From a virus (Duplodnaviria > Caudoviricetes): a stretch of 30,389 bases of DNA. Location of the stretch: positions 1 to 30,389 of IMG/VR virus record IMGVR_UViG_3300042317_000943, one strand, 5' to 3'. The notes under the pieces were generated by a model. The model was not told where the DNA came from, did not search any database, and was given only the letters and a program-made list of their open reading frames with translations. Both the position numbers and the translations under genes were made by a program. Positions 1-7,436 of this stretch are shown here, piece by piece. Position 1 is the first letter of the stretch. The number at the start of each line of letters is the position of its first letter.

Positions 1-303
1 GACCGCTCCAGCCGGGACCGCACCATCGCCGCCAACGCCCGCGAGCATCTGGCCGAGTGCCTGCATGCCGGGGTGCTGGTGATCGATGACTTGGGCAAGA
101 ACGAATGGACCAGCGCCTTTGAGAGCCAGTTTTTCCAGATCCTCGACCACCGCAAAAACCACCGGCTGCCGCTGCTGTTTTCCAGCAACGCGCACCCGGA
201 GGGCTTAGGGCTGGTGCTGAGCGATCTCAACCGCGAGCCCATCATCGGCCGCCTGATGGACCGCACCACGCTGCTGGAAATCAAGAAGGGAGGCGCGCAA
301 TGA
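1..303 (+). CDS. DnaC/IstB-like AAA+ ATPase (helicase loader), 5'-truncated
   Basis: Frame is open from base 1. Walker B LVIDDLG, then FQILDHRKNHRLPLLFSSN and the IIGRL arginine-finger region typical of DnaC/IstB C-termini. Confidence 0.85.
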   Translation, partial: DRSSRDRTIAANAREHLAECLHAGVLVIDDLGKNEWTSAFESQFFQILDHRKNHRLPLLFSSNAHPEGLGLVLSDLNREPIIGRLMDRTTLLEIKKGGAQ

Positions 304-551
304 GTGAGACGCCGAGAACGGACAATGCAGAATTTCCCGTTATGACATGGCCCGAAAGGGATAACCCAATGGTAGTTCGCTCCGAGCTATCAAGACAACT
401 AGAGCGCGAGCTGGCAGAGGCATGGCACCTGCTAAATGTGCTCTGCCTAAATATAATGGACGATGGTCCGACATGGCCGCGAGTCCTCGAATTTCTTCGT
501 CGAAACGAGCGATTTCGTCCCGAGAACTCCAATGTGCAACCGCCGATATGA
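300..551 (+). CDS. Small hypothetical phage protein (MSETPRTD...RQLERELAEA)
   Basis: ATGA overlap with the upstream stop and a GGAGG SD upstream. Short coiled-coil. Its stop lies inside attC-like site 1. Confidence 0.7.
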   Translation: MSETPRTDNAEFPVMTWPERDNPMVVRSELSRQLERELAEAWHLLNVLCLNIMDDGPTWPRVLEFLRRNERFRPENSNVQPPI

Positions 552-621
552 GCGCGAAAGACTCCAATTCCAAAACCAAACTCCGCCGCTCATATCGGTT
601 GGATGACACGCATTGTTCGGG
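521..621 (-). other. attC-like recombination site 1 (integron cassette-type hairpin)
   Basis: Top strand: AAC(525-527)-N6-GTG-CA...CCGATATGAGCG(543-554)/CGCTCATATCGG(587-598)...TG-[A]-CAC-N5-GTT(615-617). On the minus strand this is the canonical AAC-N5-L''(extra base)...L'-N6-GTT layout. Confidence 0.65.
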
Positions 622-766
622 TTCTTCCGATCTAACGGAAAAACGCCGCAAGCAAAAAATTCAGAAAAATTCACCCTTACAGGACAAGGGTTTGCTGTCC
701 GTGATCTTCGCAAATGAGGCGAAAAGGAAGCAAAAGCCAATCTATCAGAAAACCGAAATGCTATAA
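548..766 (+). CDS. Possible short basic ORF initiating inside attC-like site 1
   Basis: ATG at 548 overlaps the TGA of the previous gene (ATGA). 72 aa with no motif, and it runs through the promoter region, so it may be non-coding. Confidence 0.2.
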   Translation: MSAKDSNSKTKLRRSYRLDDTHCSGSSDLTEKRRKQKIQKNSPLQDKGLLSVIFANEAKRKQKPIYQKTEML

Positions 767-767
767 T
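759..767 (+). promoter_or_regulatory. Extended -10 sigma70-type promoter (TGcTATAAT)
   Basis: Perfect TGnTATAAT in an A-rich context, 9 nt before ATG 777, which has no SD. Consistent with a leaderless or near-leaderless transcript. Confidence 0.6.
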
Positions 768-776
768 AACGCCGCT

Positions 777-944
777 ATGAAGAAAAAGCACTACATCTCA
801 ATGACACTATCAAAACCATTCGGCGGCTTCCTGAAAGATGGGAAGCCGATAACAGACGCAGAAGCCCGCGAAATCTGGGACTCAGGAACTGGAGATTGGA
901 GCCAAGGCGCATTCCAAGAAATGGCAAGGAGGGTGATGCAATGA
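777..944 (+). CDS. Small hypothetical protein (55 aa, MKKKHYISM...)
   Basis: In-frame ATG of track ORF 714..944 directly after the -10 element. Stop overlaps the next ATG (ATGA). Confidence 0.6.
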   Translation: MKKKHYISMTLSKPFGGFLKDGKPITDAEAREIWDSGTGDWSQGAFQEMARRVMQ

Positions 945-1162
945 AAACCGTTGAAATCAATATCAGTATCCCCATATCCGATAGCGTGAGTCACTCGCCG
1001 TCACTGATCCTGCGACTGATCGCGGAAACGCTGGAAGATCGCTTCTCGGAACTCGACGACATGGGGAACGAGGAAGAAGAGACAGTAGCCGATACGCACG
1101 GATTCGGAGGGAACACGCTCACGCTCACGACTGGCGATCACGTCGAGGAAATCTGCCTCTGA
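941..1162 (+). CDS. Small highly acidic hypothetical protein (73 aa)
   Basis: AAGGAGG SD upstream and ATGA coupling. 16 D/E versus 3 K/R. Ends just before attC-like site 2. Confidence 0.7.
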   Translation: MKTVEINISIPISDSVSHSPSLILRLIAETLEDRFSELDDMGNEEEETVADTHGFGGNTLTLTTGDHVEEICL

Positions 1163-1168
1163 ATATCC

Positions 1169-1224
1169 CCCGAACAGCCAAGCACAGCCGCGACAATAGC
1201 GTTGGCTGATGCGACCTGTTCGAT
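1169..1224 (-). other. attC-like recombination site 2
   Basis: CGAAC(1171-1175)-N6-GCA-CAGCC-loop-GGCTG-[A]-TGC-N5-GTTCG(1218-1222). Same spacers and same extrahelical base position as site 1 despite different arm sequence. Confidence 0.7.
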
Positions 1225-1239
1225 TTTTTACCTACCCAC

Positions 1240-1602
1240 ATGACCCAGCTTGAATTCCAGCAAATTGTGGATGGGCTGCCGGTGTGCCCGGCGGCCCGGC
1301 CGCGGCGTGCGGCGCGCAAGCTGCTGGTGTTTGTGCGGGAATTCGTGGAGCGAAAATTCCGCCATGGGCTGACGGACGTGGATTTGCTCATCCTCACGGC
1401 GCTGGCGCATTGTGCGGTGCCGCCGCGGTTTGTGCAGGTGATGGATCTGGCGCGCGGGGTCAGCCAGAGCGGCGTCTGGAACAGCCTGGAGCGGCTCGAG
1501 GGGCACGGGCTCATTGCGGTGGGCGGGCCGCCACTGGCCCATACCTACCGGCTCAGTGACGAGGGGATCAAGGTGCTGGCGCATCTGGCCGGAAAACGAT
1601 AG
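1240..1602 (+). CDS. Winged-helix (MarR-like) DNA-binding protein
   Basis: LTDVDLLILTAL...VSQSGVWNSLERLEGHGLI...YRLSDEG matches the wHTH pattern. Confidence 0.7.
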   Translation: MTQLEFQQIVDGLPVCPAARPRRAARKLLVFVREFVERKFRHGLTDVDLLILTALAHCAVPPRFVQVMDLARGVSQSGVWNSLERLEGHGLIAVGGPPLAHTYRLSDEGIKVLAHLAGKR

Positions 1603-1611
1603 GATCCAATT

Positions 1612-2136
1612 ATGAAAAAGGCGAAAAAGGTAACTGCCAAGAAGGCGGCCAAGAAAGTGGTGAAAAAGCGTGCGCCGGTGGTGGACGAGCACGGACTGAA
1701 CGTGCGCGAGCGGAAATTTGCCGATTTGTATCTGACCGGCATGGCGGCGGGGCGCGCGTATGAGGCGGCAGGGTTCACGGCCCGGGGTGCGAGCGCCGAT
1801 ACGCAGGCGAGCCTCGCCTTGAGAAACCCAAAGGTTTCGCGCTACATACAGGACGAGCGGCGCCGGGCGGCGGAGGCCAGCCGGATGGAACGCTGGGAGC
1901 TGGTGGGCTACCTGTGCCGGGTGCTGCGCACGCCGGTGGGGCGGGTGGACGAGGACAGCGATCTGGCCCAGGAGGTGGCGCGCGAGGAGGTGGCCGAGGA
2001 GGTGGTGCGCAGCCGGATCAAGATGGTGCCCAAGCTCGAGGCCGCCAAGCAACTGGCGCAGATCCTCGGCTACAACGAGCCCGAGAAAATGACGGTGAAA
2101 TACGAAGTGGTGATCGGTGGAAACGCTCAGGATTAG
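1612..2136 (+). CDS. terS: Terminase small subunit
   Basis: LNVRERKFADLYL..G...AYEAAGF...ASLALRNPKV motif and C-terminal KLEAAKQLAQILG. Immediately upstream of TerL. Confidence 0.85.
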   Translation: MKKAKKVTAKKAAKKVVKKRAPVVDEHGLNVRERKFADLYLTGMAAGRAYEAAGFTARGASADTQASLALRNPKVSRYIQDERRRAAEASRMERWELVGYLCRVLRTPVGRVDEDSDLAQEVAREEVAEEVVRSRIKMVPKLEAAKQLAQILGYNEPEKMTVKYEVVIGGNAQD

Positions 2137-3427
2137 AATCGAACCGCGGGCGCATTTCCGCGAGTTTTTGGGAAGCCGCCACCGGTGGAGTGTGCTGGTG
2201 GCGCACCGCCGTGCCGGCAAGACGGTGGCCGTGGTGCAAAAGCTCATTGCCTGTGCGCTGACCCACCAGCGGCCGGGGCCGCCGCTGCGCTACGCCTACA
2301 TCGCGCCCACCCGCGACCAGGCCAAGGACATTGCGTGGGGCTACCTGCAGGACTACACGGCCAAGATTCCCGGGGCGGTCGCCAACCAGGCGGAGCTGAA
2401 AGTCACCTACCCGAACGGGGCGACCATCCGGCTTTACTCGGGCGAGAATTACGAGCGGATGCGGGGCGTGTATTTTGACGGGGTGGTGAGCGATGAGGAT
2501 GCGGACATTCCGCCGGCGGCTTTTGATTTCGTGATCCTGCCGTGCCTGCTCGATTACGACGGCTGGCACACGCGGATCGGCACGCCCAAGGGGCGCAATG
2601 TTTTTTGGCGCGCTTACCGGGATGCGGTGGATGACCCGGACAGCTACGCGCTGATGCTCAAGGCCAGCGAAAGCGGGATCCTGAGCGAGGCAGCACTGGG
2701 CGCGATGCGCAAGAAGCTCACGCCGGAAGCCTACGCGCAGGAAATGGAGTGCGACTTCAGCGTGGGCAGGCCGGGCGCCATCTATGCCAAGTTCCTCGAG
2801 GCGGCGCTCAGCGAGGGCCGGATCATGGATTTCCCGTGGGACCGTGGTGAGCCGGTGTGGACCAGCTGGGACCTGGGCGCGCCGCAAAACACCCGCACGG
2901 TGTATTGGCAATTTATCGGCCGGGAGATCCATGTGATCGACCACGACACCGATCTGGACCTGACGCCAGCGGCGCGGGTGGCCCATATGGTGGCCAAGGG
3001 CTACCCGTATGCCGGGCATTTTTTCCCCCACGACGCTGCGGCAAGCGAAAAGACCGGCAAGAATTTCCAGGACACCATGAAGGAGGCCGGGCTGGAAGGG
3101 ATCCGCATCTTGCCCCGCTGCCGGGAAGTGTGGCCGGGCATCAACAAGTGCGGCGAGATGTTCCCGCGGATGGTGTTTCACAAGGAGAAAACCAAGCACC
3201 TGCGCGATAGCCTGGAAGCCTACCACCGCAAGGAGGACAAGCAGAGCGGGTTCATCCGCAGCGAGCCGGTGCATGATTGGGCCTCCCACGATGCGGATGC
3301 CTTCCGCATGATGGGCGAGGCAATGCTCAATGGCATGCTCAAGGGCATGGGCGAAGTAATTCGGGAATACCGGCCGCAACACCGCCGGCAAACCACGGCC
3401 AAGGCCGGGAACTACAAGCGGATATGA
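2117..3427 (+). CDS. terL: Terminase large subunit
   Basis: Walker A HRRAGKT, YIAPT, RG...DGVVSDE Walker B, IGTPKG coupling motif, nuclease WDLG and HDWASHDADAFR. Confidence 0.95.
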   Translation: METLRIRIEPRAHFREFLGSRHRWSVLVAHRRAGKTVAVVQKLIACALTHQRPGPPLRYAYIAPTRDQAKDIAWGYLQDYTAKIPGAVANQAELKVTYPNGATIRLYSGENYERMRGVYFDGVVSDEDADIPPAAFDFVILPCLLDYDGWHTRIGTPKGRNVFWRAYRDAVDDPDSYALMLKASESGILSEAALGAMRKKLTPEAYAQEMECDFSVGRPGAIYAKFLEAALSEGRIMDFPWDRGEPVWTSWDLGAPQNTRTVYWQFIGREIHVIDHDTDLDLTPAARVAHMVAKGYPYAGHFFPHDAAASEKTGKNFQDTMKEAGLEGIRILPRCREVWPGINKCGEMFPRMVFHKEKTKHLRDSLEAYHRKEDKQSGFIRSEPVHDWASHDADAFRMMGEAMLNGMLKGMGEVIREYRPQHRRQTTAKAGNYKRI

Positions 3428-3747
3428 GCCCATACGAGCAAGCCGCGCGGTGGCACATCGAGCACGTGGGCGAGGGCTTCCGGGAAATCTTGGAGGCCCA
3501 TTTGTTTGGTGGGCATGTGATTTCCGGGCCGGATCGCTTTGTGCTGGGCCGCCAGGTATGGCATGACTGGCCCGAGGAGCGGCTGCGGGATCCGTGGGAC
3601 ACCGACGAGCAGGGCGACTGCTGGATGGTGTGGCTGTGGGCGGGGGATGTGCAAGGATGGCTCGCGGTGGTGCCGTGGCGGCTGCCGTGGCTGTGCTGGC
3701 ACCGTGGCGAGCGGCTGCGAATTCACCGTTTCCCAAGGGGGAAATAG
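3424..3747 (+). CDS. Hypothetical Trp-rich protein (107 aa), possibly GNAT-like fold
   Basis: ATG at 3424 overlaps the TerL stop (ATGA) and is in frame with track ORF 3277..3747. Function not recognised with confidence. Confidence 0.65.
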   Translation: MSPYEQAARWHIEHVGEGFREILEAHLFGGHVISGPDRFVLGRQVWHDWPEERLRDPWDTDEQGDCWMVWLWAGDVQGWLAVVPWRLPWLCWHRGERLRIHRFPRGK

Positions 3748-3779
3748 CGTGCAAATGAGGATCGGCGCACGGTTGGCGC

Positions 3780-3986
3780 ATGGGCAGCAAACCAAAACCA
3801 AAGACCCCTGATCCTCCGCCACCGCCACCGCCGGCCCCTGTGTCCCGCACGATGGATGCCGAAACCGATGGGCAGAATGCCATGCTGCGCGCTCGCCGCC
3901 GCAGCGCCTATGCCAAGTCGTTTTTAAGCGGGCCGCAGCAAACGCTCGGCGGCCAACCCAGCACCACCTCGTTCCTCGGAGGCTAA
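3780..3986 (+). CDS. Small Pro-rich virion assembly protein (positional analogue of T7 gp7.3)
   Basis: MGSKPKPK-PPPPP N-terminus and RRR...S.L...LGG C-terminus, directly before the portal as in related podoviruses. Confidence 0.7.
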   Translation: MGSKPKPKTPDPPPPPPPAPVSRTMDAETDGQNAMLRARRRSAYAKSFLSGPQQTLGGQPSTTSFLGG

Positions 3987-5660
3987 ATGGACGGCCACTC
4001 GATCATCCGCAAACGGGACGCACTCAAGGCGGCGCGCAACCCCTTCGAGGGGCACTGGGACGAATTGGCGGAAATTTTCATGCCGTTTCGCTGCATGAAG
4101 GACGGCGGCCTGCCAGAAATCCCGGCCGCGCGCGAGGTGTTTGACTCGAGCCCCCGGCAGGCGGCGCTCATCATGGCCAATGGACTGGCCAGTTTGGTAA
4201 CCCCGCGGGAGGAAACGTGGTTCGAATTTGCGCCGCCGCGCGCGATCCGCGACGATGACCAGGCCGTGGCATGGTATCGGCAGTGCTCGGCCACGGCGCG
4301 CGAATACATCGAGCGCAGCAATTTCTACGAGGAGATCGGGGAATGCCTCATCGAGGCGCCGGTGTTTGGCACGGCGGCCTTGTTCCTGGGTGACTTGGAT
4401 GACTACGGGCGGCTGTATTTCCGCTGCCAGCCGGTCAAGACGTATTACATCACCGAGGATGCCGCTGGGCGCGTCAATTCATTGTGCCGCGAGCTGGATC
4501 TGACCGCCGAGCAGGCGGCCACGGAATTCGGCCAGGACAATCTGCCACCCGCGGTGCGCGGGGCGCTGGGCTCGCCCGACAAGGCGCAGAATGCCACCCG
4601 CTACATCCACTGCGTGTATCGGCGCAATTACCAGGCGCCGCCGGCGGATGATCCCGGCGCCGAGAATGAAACCGGCGGCCGGGTGTGGGAAAGCGTGGTG
4701 GTCCATGAGGCCAGCGGCCACGTGGTGGCGCGCGCGGGCTACCATGAGTTTCCGTTTGCGGTGCACCGCTACCGGCGCTTTGGGCGCAGCGCGTATGGCT
4801 TCGGGCCCGGCTCGGTGGCGCTTAGCGATGCGCGGCAACTGCAATTCCTCAACCAGCTGGCCGACGTGGCCACCGAAAAGCAGGTGTTTCCGCCGGTGAT
4901 TGCGCCCAGCAGCCTGGAAGGCGAGGTGGCCCGCGGGGCCTTGGAGATCACCTATGTGGATCCCAGCGACCCGAATGCCGCGGCCATGCTGCGCGAGTGG
5001 AGCACCACCAGCCGCTATGATATCTGCATGGACCGCATGGCTGCCAAGCGCGGCCAAGTGCAGGACATCTTTCACGTGCCGCTGTTCAACCTGTTTCAAC
5101 AACGCGCCGCCCAGCACGGCCCGCTGACGGCCACCGAGGCCAGCCTGATGGCCGGCGAAAAACTGACGCAGTTTTCCCCGGTGTTTGGCCGGCTGGTTAG
5201 CGAGATGCTCGATCCGGTGCTCAACCGGGTGTTTGGCGTGCTGCTGCGCGCCGGTGTGTTGGGCGCTCCGCCGCCCAGCGTGGTGCGGGCCATGGGGTCC
5301 CGGGCCGGAGTGGCCGCCCCAAGCGTGCTCTACAAAAACCGCATCATGCTGGCCATGCAGCAGCGCGAAAACGCCAACCTGATGGATTTCATGGCGCTGG
5401 TCACCCCACTGCTCAACCACTACCCGCAGGCAATAGACGCGCTGCGGCTGCCCGAGGTGGTGCGCACGGTGGCGCGCAACAACGGGCTGCCCGAGGAGTG
5501 GCTGCGCAGCCAGGAGGAAATGCAGGCCATCGAGCAGGCCCGCGCCGAGCAGGCCGATGCCGCCATGCAAATGCAGCAGGCCGAGCAAGCCGCCAGCGCC
5601 GCACAGAAACTGAGCGCCGCGGCACCCGGCCTGGCCGACCGCGCGATGAGCGGACTGTAG
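3987..5660 (+). CDS. Portal (head-to-tail connector, T7 gp8/Bbp21-like)
   Basis: 557 aa with R..FE.HW.E, SNFY, FGTA, FPF.V.R...YG.GPG..AL.D..QL and TATE motifs, plus a Q/A-rich tail. Confidence 0.93.
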   Translation: MDGHSIIRKRDALKAARNPFEGHWDELAEIFMPFRCMKDGGLPEIPAAREVFDSSPRQAALIMANGLASLVTPREETWFEFAPPRAIRDDDQAVAWYRQCSATAREYIERSNFYEEIGECLIEAPVFGTAALFLGDLDDYGRLYFRCQPVKTYYITEDAAGRVNSLCRELDLTAEQAATEFGQDNLPPAVRGALGSPDKAQNATRYIHCVYRRNYQAPPADDPGAENETGGRVWESVVVHEASGHVVARAGYHEFPFAVHRYRRFGRSAYGFGPGSVALSDARQLQFLNQLADVATEKQVFPPVIAPSSLEGEVARGALEITYVDPSDPNAAAMLREWSTTSRYDICMDRMAAKRGQVQDIFHVPLFNLFQQRAAQHGPLTATEASLMAGEKLTQFSPVFGRLVSEMLDPVLNRVFGVLLRAGVLGAPPPSVVRAMGSRAGVAAPSVLYKNRIMLAMQQRENANLMDFMALVTPLLNHYPQAIDALRLPEVVRTVARNNGLPEEWLRSQEEMQAIEQARAEQADAAMQMQQAEQAASAAQKLSAAAPGLADRAMSGL

Positions 5661-5672
5661 TTTTTCCCTACC

Positions 5673-5966
5673 ATGGACACCCTGAGCGAAAAACGCGCGG
5701 CCTTGGCCAGCGCCGAAACCGACCGCCAGCGCCGCGAGGAGCGGATCGCGCAGGTGGCGCTGGCGGTTTTTCAAACTACGGACGGGCAAGAACTGCTCGC
5801 CCATTTGGTGCGGCGCTTTGACCTGACCGGCCGGGTGTTTCTTGCGAGCGACCGCGGCGAGGTGAATGCCGTACGGGCCGCGCTTCGCGACGGCGAGCGC
5901 GCCGCGGTGCGGCACCTGATCGATCTGTGCCGCCGGGCCGACAAGGATTTCCCCATACCGCTATGA
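5673..5966 (+). CDS. Bbp19-like protein
   Basis: VFQTTDGQELLAHLVRRF...ALRDGERAAVRHLI pattern, located between portal and scaffold. Confidence 0.75.
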   Translation: MDTLSEKRAALASAETDRQRREERIAQVALAVFQTTDGQELLAHLVRRFDLTGRVFLASDRGEVNAVRAALRDGERAAVRHLIDLCRRADKDFPIPL

Positions 5967-6196
5967 GCACACCCAATAAAAACAAGCGCCCGACAACGGC
6001 GCAGACACACGACTCGCCGGCCATCGAGCCGGAATCGCCTGAGGTATCAATTGATACCATCCCGCACCACCCGCCCATCACGCCCAACGGCTTCCGCAAT
6101 GAGGAGCTCAAAGCGTGGTTCATGTCGTATTACCCCGACCTCGCCGCATGGATCTACGCCGGGCTTGTGTCCAACCAAACCCAGCCGACCCCATGA
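5963..6196 (+). CDS. Small hypothetical protein (77 aa)
   Basis: ATGA overlaps at both ends, filling the gap between the Bbp19-like and scaffold genes. Confidence 0.6.
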   Translation: MSTPNKNKRPTTAQTHDSPAIEPESPEVSIDTIPHHPPITPNGFRNEELKAWFMSYYPDLAAWIYAGLVSNQTQPTP

Positions 6197-7173
6197 GCGA
6201 CTCCACCACAGGCACTGACAGCGGCGCGGGCCAAAACACGACTCAAGCGGCCGCAACCACCACCCAGGCTGCCGCAGCCACCGGCGGCGGGCTGCTGACC
6301 GGCGCCGCCCCCGCGGCGGGCGATAGCACCGGCGGCACCACGCAGCCACCGGCGCATTTTTTTGGCGAGCACATTGCCAAGAATGGGGTGTTTGCCGAAG
6401 GCTGGGCGGAAAACCTGCGGGCGGCTGGGTTCGAGCGGCTGGCCAACAAGGCCATGCTGGCCAAGGACGAGGCCACGCTTTTCAAGACGCTGGATGAAAC
6501 CATCGGCTTTGTGGGCAAGCGGCAAACGGCCGGGCCATCGTGGCCCACCGAGGGCAGCACGCCCGAGGAAGTGGCGCAGTTCCGCAAGGCGGCCGGGGTG
6601 CCGGAAGCCGCCGAGGGCTACACCCTCAAGCCCGATAAGCTGCCCGAGGGCATCCAGTGGAGCGACGAGGATGCCAAGGCGTATGCCGAGGTGTTTCACG
6701 CCCACAACATCCCTGCGGCCGCCGCCCAGGCGCTGGTGGACCGCCATCTGGAAACCATCGCCCACATGGCCGAAAGCGGCCAAGACCAGCTGCGCGAGCA
6801 GATCGGTAAATTTGTCAGCGAAAGCGAGGCGGTGTTCCAACGCGAGTGGGGCGATGCCTACGACTCCCGCTTGGAGGCCAACCGGGCGTTTGTCTCCACC
6901 CGCCTAAAGCCCGAGGAGCTGGCCGATCCGGTGCTGGCCGCGGCCATGAGCCATCCGGCCATTGTGCGCATCGTCGATGAGGCGCGGCGCGGGCTACGCG
7001 AGGCCCCGCTGCCCGGCGTGGGGGCGGATGCTGGCAGCGGCTCGATGAGCCCGCGCGAGCAGGCCCGCACCATCATGGCGGCCAACCCTCAGTGGCAGAA
7101 GGATCCCACCACGGCCAAGCGGGTCAACGACCTCTATGCGCTGGACGCCGCCCAACAAAAGCGGCGCGGTTAG
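6193..7173 (+). CDS. Capsid scaffolding/assembly protein
   Basis: ATG at 6193 (in frame with 6115..7173). T/A/G-rich N-terminus, GVPEAAEGY motif, EWGDAYD helix. Precedes the MCP. Confidence 0.8.
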   Translation: MSDSTTGTDSGAGQNTTQAAATTTQAAAATGGGLLTGAAPAAGDSTGGTTQPPAHFFGEHIAKNGVFAEGWAENLRAAGFERLANKAMLAKDEATLFKTLDETIGFVGKRQTAGPSWPTEGSTPEEVAQFRKAAGVPEAAEGYTLKPDKLPEGIQWSDEDAKAYAEVFHAHNIPAAAAQALVDRHLETIAHMAESGQDQLREQIGKFVSESEAVFQREWGDAYDSRLEANRAFVSTRLKPEELADPVLAAAMSHPAIVRIVDEARRGLREAPLPGVGADAGSGSMSPREQARTIMAANPQWQKDPTTAKRVNDLYALDAAQQKRRG

Positions 7174-7200
7174 ATTTCTCGTTGGGATATGAGAAAAGCG

Positions 7201-7242
7201 GTCGGCCGGGGTCCTGTCACAGGGGCTCCGGTCGATTTGCTT
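7201..7242 (+). terminator. GC-rich hairpin after the scaffold gene (possible terminator or attenuator)
   Basis: GTCGGCCGGGGTCCTG-TCA-CAGGGGCTCCGGTCGAT stem with G-U pairs, followed by only a weak T tract (TTTGCTT). Confidence 0.4.
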
Positions 7243-7436
7243 ATGGGCATTTCCCCAGCGGGAAATAGCACCCGGCGCGCCTGCCCGCATGATGGGCAGC
7301 GTGATCCGAAGGACACCCGCGCGGCCCAGCCCGCGGCCCAGGTAGGAGCACCCGGCACTTCGCCACGGCGACCCGCAGCGTGCGGACACTCGGACGGCAA
7401 CCCGTTTGTTCAACCAACTTATAACCTACCAAAAAA

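Larger units (their letters stand above)
527..1174. mobile_element. Putative integron-type gene cassette (~650 bp) carrying two small genes and its own promoter
   Basis: Bounded by two attC-like sites. GTTCGGG (615-621) is the exact reverse complement of CCCGAAC (1169-1175), as expected for a cassette's own R''/R' pair. Visibly more AT-rich than the flanking phage genes. Confidence 0.55.

Noticed and set aside
1-303. IS21 element (IstB)
   Set aside because: No IstA or terminal repeats are seen, and the phage context favours a DnaC-like loader. The upstream sequence is outside the window.
310-382. Possible third attC-like site (GAGAAC...GTTCGC) within the 300..551 gene
   Set aside because: Internal arms do not pair and the N6/N5 plus extrahelical-base geometry is missing.
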